DNA of 64,000 nucleotides from a virus (Duplodnaviria; Heunggongvirae; Uroviricota; Caudoviricetes): IMG/VR virus record IMGVR_UViG_3300029305_011318; one strand, 5' to 3'. Shown piece by piece: positions 57,454 to 64,000 of this stretch (position 1 is its first letter; each line of letters starts with the position of its first letter). The notes under the pieces were generated by a model. It saw only the letters and a program-made list of their open reading frames with translations, ran no database searches and was not told where the DNA came from. The position numbers and the translations under genes were made by a program.

Positions 57454-58307
57454 AAATACCTCTTATAAAGGAGTTACCCACCAATCATAATGATTGATGG
57501 GTATCACATACATGGACTATTTATAGCAACGAGAGAAAGATGCAAAACAGTAAAAACTATTTCGCAAATACAAATATTGAGATTTGAACTCATACCTATA
57601 AGAATAGGATAATCATTTGATTATTGTGAACCATTTTCACTTTATATTTGTTTTCTTAACATTATATTGTAAGCTTTAGACAGTTAGGTTATTCCATTAG
57701 GTTTATCCGCATGTCGGACTCCTTTATAGGATTCCTAACTATCTAACTTACAAATAAAATTTCATTCCGTCCTTCGACGTACTCCACTAAATACCTTGTT
57801 ATTCCACCATAGTCAAATGAGGCTGAACCTAAAAATCGTCATTTTTAAGCTTCTCAAATCTGATTTCTCAGTAAAAAACTAGTAGGATTTTACCTACAAC
57901 TTTCATCTAACATTCAGCAAAATGTTTTTCTATTAAGATATAGACAAAATATCTTCCCAAATATGACTTAGACTACTCGTACTCACCACTTTTGTTATAG
58001 TCTTCTTACGAAGGCATCAAGTCATAATCGCATTGGTTGGTATTCCTTTGAGGGATATATGCCTACCACAGCACTATATCAAAGGTTATTCTCCACAGGA
58101 GCGTCTATTGTTGCGACCAAAAGAGTGATGTGTTACAATTCAATATTTAATTTTGCACTATAAACCAGATTTTGGGATTTTCCCATTCAAACAAATTCAT
58201 TACTGAATTCGTTAAGTATTAAATAATAAACGTATCCGTCTACTATTCATACATTTTGGTTTATATCCTTGCGCCCGGTCAAGGGTCATTCACAAGGTTA
58301 AATGAAA
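57454..58307 (-). ncRNA. ~850-nt ORF-free, GC-elevated block adjacent to tRNA-Gln; candidate large structured ncRNA (GOLLD/ROOL-like). Strand assumed from context.
   Basis: No ORF of 60 aa or more in any frame across ~850 nt, inside an otherwise tightly packed element. Locally higher GC than the flanks. Many short inverted repeats (e.g. gatattttgtctatatc). Directly flanked by a tRNA and the box-2 promoter (58414..58446). Confidence 0.35.
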
Positions 58308-58379
58308 CAGGGGTAGAAGGATTCGAACCTTCGAATGCAGGAGTCAAATTCCTGTGCCTTACCGCTTGGCGATACCCCT
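58308..58379 (-). tRNA. tRNA-Gln (anticodon UUG)
   Basis: AGGGGTA-TC-GCCAAGCGGTAAGGC-A-CAGGA-ATTTGAC-TCCTG-CATTC-GAAGG-TTCGAAT-CCTTC-TACCCCT-G. U33 and A37 present. Box-2 promoter about 35 nt upstream. Confidence 0.85.
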
Positions 58380-58413
58380 AAATGAGAAATTTTATATCTT
58401 TTCTCTTTGGTAT

Positions 58414-58446
58414 TATTACTATACGATGTTTTTTTATTTTTGAAAG
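58414..58446 (-). promoter_or_regulatory. Box-2 promoter-like motif upstream of tRNA-Gln
   Basis: attactatacgatgtttttttatttttgaaag. Gene orientation: CTTTCAAAAATAAAAAAACATCGTATAGTAATA, i.e. TTTCAA-16-TATAGT. Confidence 0.5.
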
Positions 58447-58665
58447 GTTTTTAAAAATATATTTTATTTTTTTAAAAAGAGGTGAGGCAACCGTTAATGA
58501 TTGGTGTGTCAATAGTGATAAAAGGGGAGGTATTTGTGGCTCGGCTGCCTCGTAAACAAATGAAAAAATGAATTGTTATAAAAAGCTTTACTGTATTTGC
58601 TTTTCTATACTTATATGTAAAAAATTTTCTCAAAACCTTTCATTTTTTTATAAAATAATAAAAAA

Positions 58666-59268
58666 TTATATATTTTCTATTTTATATGGAATTAGTACTG
58701 TTAACGTTTTCATGTTTAACACTGGATTGTCAATATTTATATTTTCCATAACCGTTAACATATCGAATGAAAAATTTTTTCTTATTATATTTCCGGTTTT
58801 ATTTTCTGTACAAACAAACACTGCATTAAATATATCTTCTTGTACATAATATAATTGCTGTGTGATTGTTAATTTTGAATTTTTATATAATTCATTCATT
58901 TCAATTAATGCTAATTTTAATTCATTTTCATGATAAATATCTTCATCTTCTTCTGTTGCAACGGCAATAGGAATTCGAAAATATTGATATAAAAAATTTC
59001 CAGTTAAATGAATGAACGGTAATGTACTACAAATCAATATAGTAAAAAATATATAAATTGAAATTACAATAAAAGAGGACGTAATAAATATATTATAAAG
59101 CAATACAATTATACATAGTAATGCAATAAAGAAATGTCCAAAAGTACAAAATGCATTATATAATTCTGTTTGTTTTAATAATTTATTATAATCTTCTACT
59201 TCTTGTAATATTTTCTTTTTTGTGGCTTTAGATAATGGATTTATAATATCTAAATTTGCGTAAATCAT
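58666..59268 (-). CDS. Polytopic membrane protein
   Basis: Several TM helices, 200 aa. Confidence 0.5.
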   Translation of the reverse strand: MIYANLDIINPLSKATKKKILQEVEDYNKLLKQTELYNAFCTFGHFFIALLCIIVLLYNIFITSSFIVISIYIFFTILICSTLPFIHLTGNFLYQYFRIPIAVATEEDEDIYHENELKLALIEMNELYKNSKLTITQQLYYVQEDIFNAVFVCTENKTGNIIRKNFSFDMLTVMENINIDNPVLNMKTLTVLIPYKIENI

Positions 59269-59280
59269 ACTCTCTTTATT

Positions 59281-59919
59281 TTACCTCCTTACTATTATTT
59301 TTTCTTCCCAAGGTATTGTTAAAATTCCTGTTACACAATCTAATATTGGAGTTTTAGAATTAATATTATATTTTTTAGCACACAATGGTAGTTTAAAAGA
59401 ATATTCTGAAATATCTCCGTTTTCATTACTAAAAATATAATCAATATTAATATTATCTTCATCTTCGGTTTTATCAAACAAGTTTGTTATAATACGTTTT
59501 TTTTCACAATGGCTATTTTTATGATTTTCTAAAAAAGTTTTTAAAGTTAACAATCCTTTATAATAATCTAATTTATGAAATACATTTTCTAATTCTGAAT
59601 ATTCTTCCGGATACTTCTTTTTTAAATGAAGTAAAACTTTTTTATTGTGGTTATTATCTTCGATAATAAAACATATTATTACTATTATTACAGCAATTAA
59701 AAGGCTTATCGGGTTACTTTGAATCGCTAACCGAAAGCCGAAAATTACAAATGCAAAACAGGCTAATAATTGAATTGATTGCTGTAAAATTATTAAATGA
59801 TTAATTTTATCTTTTGTTTTTTTGATTTTATCAATATTATCTTTTAATTTTATTAAATCAATATCTGAAAAATTTTTAAATTCGATATGATTAAATTCTT
59901 TTGTCATATTATCCTCCAT
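59281..59919 (-). CDS. Membrane protein
   Basis: Two or three TM helices, 212 aa. Confidence 0.5.
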   Translation of the reverse strand: MEDNMTKEFNHIEFKNFSDIDLIKLKDNIDKIKKTKDKINHLIILQQSIQLLACFAFVIFGFRLAIQSNPISLLIAVIIVIICFIIEDNNHNKKVLLHLKKKYPEEYSELENVFHKLDYYKGLLTLKTFLENHKNSHCEKKRIITNLFDKTEDEDNINIDYIFSNENGDISEYSFKLPLCAKKYNINSKTPILDCVTGILTIPWEEKIIVRR

Positions 59920-59946
59920 TATTTATCCGTAATATCCATATCTACA

Positions 59947-59972
59947 TTTATATGGGTAAAACTTTCTCAAAA
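59947..59972 (-). promoter_or_regulatory. Box-1 promoter-like motif
   Basis: tttatatgggtaaaactttctcaaaa. The integrase terminator hairpin atccagaaa...tttctggat (about 59993..60027) is just upstream. Confidence 0.55.
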
Positions 59973-60048
59973 GATTATATAAATAAAAAATATCCAGAAA
60001 CTATTTTCAAATAATTTCTGGATATTGATTTGTTTTGTTAATATTATA

Positions 60049-61434
60049 TTAATCTTGTTTTTTATAATATTCGTTGTAAATATCAATATTATTTATAGTT
60101 ATATTTTCTATAGAAACCGTTTGATTAATTGGGAGTTTTATAATTTTATTATTTTGAATATAACCTAACATACCTTCTTCAATTTCTATAATTTGAATAC
60201 CTGCTTTTTGTAATTCTTCTAATAGATAATTGTTTTGTAGTGGTTTTTTTTGCTCTTGTATAGTATCTAATAATTTGATAGCAGATGCTTTTTGTGCATT
60301 AATAATGTGAATATAAACATTTAATGTCACTTCAATACTAGAATGACCTAATAGTTCACTAACAGTTTTTATATCTACACCTTTTAAAATTAAATAAGAG
60401 CCAAATGTATGTCGCAATGCGTGAGGTCCACATTTTTGGATTTTGCAATTAGCGTGTTGTTGCATAATGTTGAGTGTTCGTGTAACATTTCGACTATTAC
60501 TAATTGTAATTCCATCATGTGAAAAAACATATAGATTTTCATTTTGATTATGATATAACTCTTTTAATATGGATAACGCAACATCCGACAAAGGAACACT
60601 TCTTTCACTGGAATAAGTTTTTGTACCTTCTGTATCAACATAAATATGCTTTGGTTTTTTCCCTTCTTCATTTTTTAATTTTTCGATAGTATGAGTAATT
60701 TGAATAATATTCAATGAAAAATTAACATCTTTCCATTTTAAAGCCAAGCATTCTGATATGCGTAAACCGGTGTACATAATAAAAATAACTGTATATGCGT
60801 TAATCCCATATACATTCTTTTCCTTAAATTCTTGATATAATTTTTGCATATCAGATTCTTCTAAGAAAGGAATTTCTTTCTTTTTGGTTTTTACGTTTTT
60901 TTCAGACGGAATTTTAATTTCTTCCATATAATTACTATTTGCATAATGGTCAACTTTATATAAATATTCACAGATTTGATTCAATATCGATTGTGTTCGT
61001 TTAATTGTTGCTCTAGCATATTTTTTTTCTTTTACGCAATATTCATCAATATAATCTTGAAATATATTTTTATTTAAAGAGCCTATTTGTGTATTCCCTA
61101 AAAATGTATTTTTAATTCTTTCATCAATTGCATCATTATAAGAGTCAATAGTAACTTGTTTGGTGTCGGTTCCATCAAAAGGTTTTATTTTTTCAATCCA
61201 ATATTTACAATAATTATAAAATATCTCTTGTGGAATTTGTTTAGGATTTAATTTATGTCTATCTTGATTTTCTAATTCAAATTTTTCTCGTTTTCGATTA
61301 ATTTCTTTTTCTGTTTTCCCATAAAAAGTATGATAATCTTTTTTCCAATCATAATATTTTCTGTAGTATTTGTAGGTAATTCCATTAATAACACGGGTTC
61401 CCCAATTGCCATCTCCATTTTTTCGTTTTGCCAT
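60049..61434 (-). CDS. int: Tyrosine site-specific integrase with ~70-aa C-terminal extension
   Basis: C-terminal catalytic blocks HALRHTFGSYL and LLGHSSIEVTLNVYIH (R..HxxR..Y). 461 aa. Confidence 0.9.
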   Translation of the reverse strand: MAKRKNGDGNWGTRVINGITYKYYRKYYDWKKDYHTFYGKTEKEINRKREKFELENQDRHKLNPKQIPQEIFYNYCKYWIEKIKPFDGTDTKQVTIDSYNDAIDERIKNTFLGNTQIGSLNKNIFQDYIDEYCVKEKKYARATIKRTQSILNQICEYLYKVDHYANSNYMEEIKIPSEKNVKTKKKEIPFLEESDMQKLYQEFKEKNVYGINAYTVIFIMYTGLRISECLALKWKDVNFSLNIIQITHTIEKLKNEEGKKPKHIYVDTEGTKTYSSERSVPLSDVALSILKELYHNQNENLYVFSHDGITISNSRNVTRTLNIMQQHANCKIQKCGPHALRHTFGSYLILKGVDIKTVSELLGHSSIEVTLNVYIHIINAQKASAIKLLDTIQEQKKPLQNNYLLEELQKAGIQIIEIEEGMLGYIQNNKIIKLPINQTVSIENITINNIDIYNEYYKKQD

Positions 61435-61494
61435 ATCTAACTCCTAATTATTTATTGATTTTAGCATATCATATTATTAAAATAGAGACAAGAT

Positions 61495-61559
61495 TTTTAC
61501 ACAGTTTTTTACACAGATAAGGATACCAATTAATACCTATAAATACCGAATAATACCTA
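61495..61559. repeat. Arm-type direct repeats between int and att
   Basis: Tandem tttttacacag x2 (61495..61516). Three AATACC(T/G) copies (61532..61559). Confidence 0.45.
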
Positions 61560-61644
61560 ATGCGAAAAAATAAAAAATCCCAAAAGCCTTTAAAATACAA
61601 GGATTTTGGGTGTTTATATAAACAATAAAAATATACAACGTTCG

Positions 61645-61688
61645 CATTGGTAGTGCGGAGGTCACGGGTCCGATTCCCGTCAGCAGCT
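61645..61688 (+). other. 3' fragment of a tRNA gene (T-arm plus acceptor 3' strand): putative att core at the right junction
   Basis: ACGGG-TCCGATT-CCCGT T-arm followed by CAGCAGC-T. No complementary GCTGCTG 5' strand upstream, so the gene is not intact here. Confidence 0.5.
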
Positions 61689-61695
61689 CTTATCA

Positions 61696-61724
61696 GGTCC
61701 GGATTTCCGGACCTTTTTCTTTTG
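61696..61724 (+). terminator. Rho-independent terminator
   Basis: aggtccgga-tt-tccggacct followed by tttttctttt. Confidence 0.55.
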
Positions 61725-61738
61725 CTCCACATGCAACG

Positions 61739-62362
61739 CTATGCGCCCAGTTCCTTACATAATCCCTCGAAAAGATTCTGCTTCATCACTTCGTTATCAT
61801 GGTCCTTATTTCCAAACACATTGTCAACATAGACAACAAAGGCTATTATCTTGGAGAACATAACGGTCTCCATATACGATTGGGAATATCTGTCACAAAT
61901 AATCCCTTCTTTTCTGCCCTCTTCCAGCAAATACCGGATTATTCTCATTGGATTTGCATTATTAGCTTCTTCATCATTATCAAGAAGCAAATCATGCATC
62001 GGCTCACATAAATTCAAATCACTAAGCATATGAAAATATTTCAATATGCAGGCTCTTTGTTTGACCTTTTCTTCCATTTCTTCTAAAAGCAACATGAACT
62101 TATCGCGAAAGGAAGCTTTCTTTTGCATATTGTTAAGAATCCGTTTCGTCATGGAATCTACTAAATAAATCATGGCTTTTACAATCAGTTCTTCCTTGCT
62201 TGTAAAATACTCATAAGTGGTCCCTTTTCCAATTCCCGCCTTTGCTGCAATATCGGAAACGCGCATGGTCGCAATATCTACTCCCTCTGCAATAATATCT
62301 TCTACCGCGTGATAAATCGCGATAATTTTATCAGTCTTCTTATTATCCCTCATAAGTAACAC
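61739..62362 (-). CDS. TetR/AcrR-family transcriptional regulator (host)
   Basis: N-terminal HTH IATMRVSDIAAKAGIGKGTTYEYFTSKEEL. Higher GC. TAG stop. Confidence 0.85.
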   Translation of the reverse strand: MLLMRDNKKTDKIIAIYHAVEDIIAEGVDIATMRVSDIAAKAGIGKGTTYEYFTSKEELIVKAMIYLVDSMTKRILNNMQKKASFRDKFMLLLEEMEEKVKQRACILKYFHMLSDLNLCEPMHDLLLDNDEEANNANPMRIIRYLLEEGRKEGIICDRYSQSYMETVMFSKIIAFVVYVDNVFGNKDHDNEVMKQNLFEGLCKELGA

Positions 62363-62368
62363 CTGTTA

Positions 62369-64000
62369 TTATTTAACTTTAACCTTCTTCTCCCTATTGA
62401 AAATATCATAAATACATGGCACTACATACAGTGTCAAAAGTGTACCGTAAGTCAAACCGCCAATAATTACAATCGCCATAGGCTTTGACAAATCAGCACC
62501 CATATCATTACTAAACATCATGGTAGACATCGCTAAAATCGTGGTCAGAGCAGTCATAAGAACCGGACGTAATCTTGTACGGCCTGCAGTCATAATCGCC
62601 TCTTTCTTCTCCATTCCGGATTCACGAAGGTTATTAATATAATCTACCAATACAATACCGTTATTAACGATAATTCCGGCAAGCATTACAAATCCGATTA
62701 ACGCAATGACGCTGACTTCACTATTTGAAAAATACAAGCCAAAGAAACCACCGGTAAATGCAAGCGGAATCGTAAACAGGATAATAAAAGGTGAAAGCAG
62801 GGACTGGAACTGTGCCACCATAATCAGGAACATGAAAATAATCGCAAGAACCATCATCAGCATCAACTGTTCCATCGCATCCAATATCATCTCATTTTCA
62901 CCGGCAAACACCAAATCATAACCGCTTGGAAGTTCATAATCTGCAAGTGCTTCTTCCAACTCTGCCGCAACAATACCGACATTATGCCCTTCCTCAATCA
63001 TTGCCGTTACATTTACATATCTGGTCTGTGAATTACGTTTAATGGCATTCATACCTTCATGTTCTTCAAACACTGCCATTTCATGCAATGGTTTCTTACA
63101 TTTCTTATCATCCTTATCCGTATATTCGATGTTCATATTACGGATATCATTTCTTGACATCGAAGCATTTGCCTGATGAATTACGATAATATCGTAATCC
63201 TTGGTATCGGTTACCAACTGCGTAGAGCCGGTATCCTCCGTAATTTTAGCATTAATCTGCTGGAATACCTGCGCTACCGTCAAACCGCATTCCATGGCTT
63301 TATCACGGTCTACAAGCACACGTAATTCCGTTGTGGAATCTTCCATACCATCCGATACTTCTGTAGTACCTTCTACCGTTTCCACGATAGCAGCCACTTC
63401 TTTTGCAATCTCCTGAAGAGTATCCAAATCACGACCACGCACTTCAATGGAAACTCCGCTTCCTGACAAAGCACTCATATCCATGGCCTCGGTATTAATG
63501 GAAAGTTCAATATCCTTAATATCTGCAGTTGCTTCTTCAATCATTTTTCCAACTTCTTTTGCGGAATGTGTCTTATCCTCTTTTAAAGTAACATAGATGG
63601 AAACCTGATTTGCCACTACATCCGTAGAACCCATCAATGAACCAAAACCGTTTGAACCTGCCATGGCACCCACATCATCTACGTCCTCAATCGCACGTAT
63701 TCTTGCAACAATTTCATCCGAAACCGCTGCTGTTTCTTCTAATTTGCTGTCAATCGGTGTTTCCAAAGAAACTGAAATCTGTGTTGAGTCCATGGACGGC
63801 ATAAATGCAATGCCTTTACTAATAGACAAATACATACTCAATCCAAACAACACCAAAACAAATAAAATAACAACCGCTTTCCATTTAAGCGCAATTGCTA
63901 TAGACTTCTCATACAAACGGCTTAAACGCTGGAAAAATCCGGTTTCTTTTACCTCTTTTACCGTTTTTAAAACCTTAGACGCCATTGCCGGAACTACGGT
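62369..64000 (-). CDS. RND-superfamily efflux permease, C-terminal part; N-terminus beyond the window end
   Basis: Multiple TM helices and RND/AcrB-like periplasmic loop blocks. Higher GC. ORF open to the window edge. Confidence 0.8.
   Translation of the reverse strand, partial: TVVPAMASKVLKTVKEVKETGFFQRLSRLYEKSIAIALKWKAVVILFVLVLFGLSMYLSISKGIAFMPSMDSTQISVSLETPIDSKLEETAAVSDEIVARIRAIEDVDDVGAMAGSNGFGSLMGSTDVVANQVSIYVTLKEDKTHSAKEVGKMIEEATADIKDIELSINTEAMDMSALSGSGVSIEVRGRDLDTLQEIAKEVAAIVETVEGTTEVSDGMEDSTTELRVLVDRDKAMECGLTVAQVFQQINAKITEDTGSTQLVTDTKDYDIIVIHQANASMSRNDIRNMNIEYTDKDDKKCKKPLHEMAVFEEHEGMNAIKRNSQTRYVNVTAMIEEGHNVGIVAAELEEALADYELPSGYDLVFAGENEMILDAMEQLMLMMVLAIIFMFLIMVAQFQSLLSPFIILFTIPLAFTGGFFGLYFSNSEVSVIALIGFVMLAGIIVNNGIVLVDYINNLRESGMEKKEAIMTAGRTRLRPVLMTALTTILAMSTMMFSNDMGADLSKPMAIVIIGGLTYGTLLTLYVVPCIYDIFNREKKVKVK

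Larger units (their letters stand above)
1..61691. mobile_element. Prophage-like integrative element; right end at the integrase/att region, left end outside the window
   Basis: Sharp compositional break near 61.7 kb from AT-rich to higher-GC host genes. Tyrosine integrase next to a tRNA 3' fragment. Phage-type genes present (homing endonucleases, NrdG, RuvC-like, SSB-like, tRNAs). Uniform minus-strand transcription with repeated promoter boxes. Confidence 0.6.

Noticed and set aside
61618-61691. A complete tRNA gene at the right junction
   Set aside because: Only the T-arm and the 3' acceptor strand (CAGCAGC) are present. No complementary GCTGCTG 5' strand, D-arm or anticodon arm can be placed upstream, so I report it as a 3' fragment (att remnant), not a tRNA.
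61469-61732. 87-aa minus-strand ORF between int and the host genes
   Set aside because: It overlaps the arm-type repeats, the tRNA 3' fragment and the terminator hairpin. Its translation is arbitrary, so it is a spurious frame over att DNA.
1-64000. CRISPR arrays, rRNA genes, IS elements/transposases
   Set aside because: No spaced direct-repeat array, no rRNA-like conserved blocks, and no transposase-like ORFs or terminal inverted repeats were seen anywhere in the window.

Overview
Most of this window (about 1..61690) is a very AT-rich, prophage-like integrative element, roughly 25-30% GC by eye. Nearly every gene is on the minus strand, and transcription units are separated by hairpin terminators followed by a conserved promoter-like box. 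The right end carries a tyrosine integrase (60049..61434), arm-type direct repeats, a 44-nt tRNA 3' fragment (the att remnant) and a terminator. Beyond that lies higher-GC host DNA with a TetR regulator and a partial RND efflux permease. The left boundary is not in the window. I could not find terminase, portal, capsid or tail genes, so the virion module, if there is one, lies left of position 1. Recognisable content falls into these groups: (1) nucleotide metabolism: a ThyA-family enzyme, an orphan NrdG, a HAD 5'(3')-deoxyribonucleotidase, an HD protein and two metallophosphoesterases; (2) homing endonucleases and DNA functions: a GIY-YIG nuclease, two HNH endonucleases, a RuvC-like resolvase, and an SSB-like protein with an acidic tail; (3) RNA functions: a frameshifted RNA ligase, a CCA-adding enzyme, tRNA-Met(CAU), tRNA-Gln(UUG) and a CspA-type cold-shock protein; (4) other cargo: an ECF-sized sigma factor (the only convincing + strand gene), an HflK/HflC pair plus a bactofilin, a SipW-type and a LepB-type signal peptidase next to a 1811-aa Gly-rich surface protein and BspA-like LRR proteins, a HipA/HipT-like kinase with a translationally coupled small ORF, a compact ABC-ATPase two-gene cassette, an AAA+/DUF4143 ATPase, an MCP gene interrupted by an in-frame TGA, and a 10-kb stretch of small Zn-ribbon proteins. 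The main non-coding observations are: about 20 copies of a 26-nt conserved box (TTTTGAGAAAnTTTTAnnCATATAAA in gene orientation), a second sigma-A-like box, a third 5'-leader element, operator-like 17-bp palindromes in the divergent region upstream of the sigma gene, and an ~850-nt ORF-free, GC-elevated block directly adjacent to tRNA-Gln. I suspect that block is a large structured ncRNA of the GOLLD/ROOL type.
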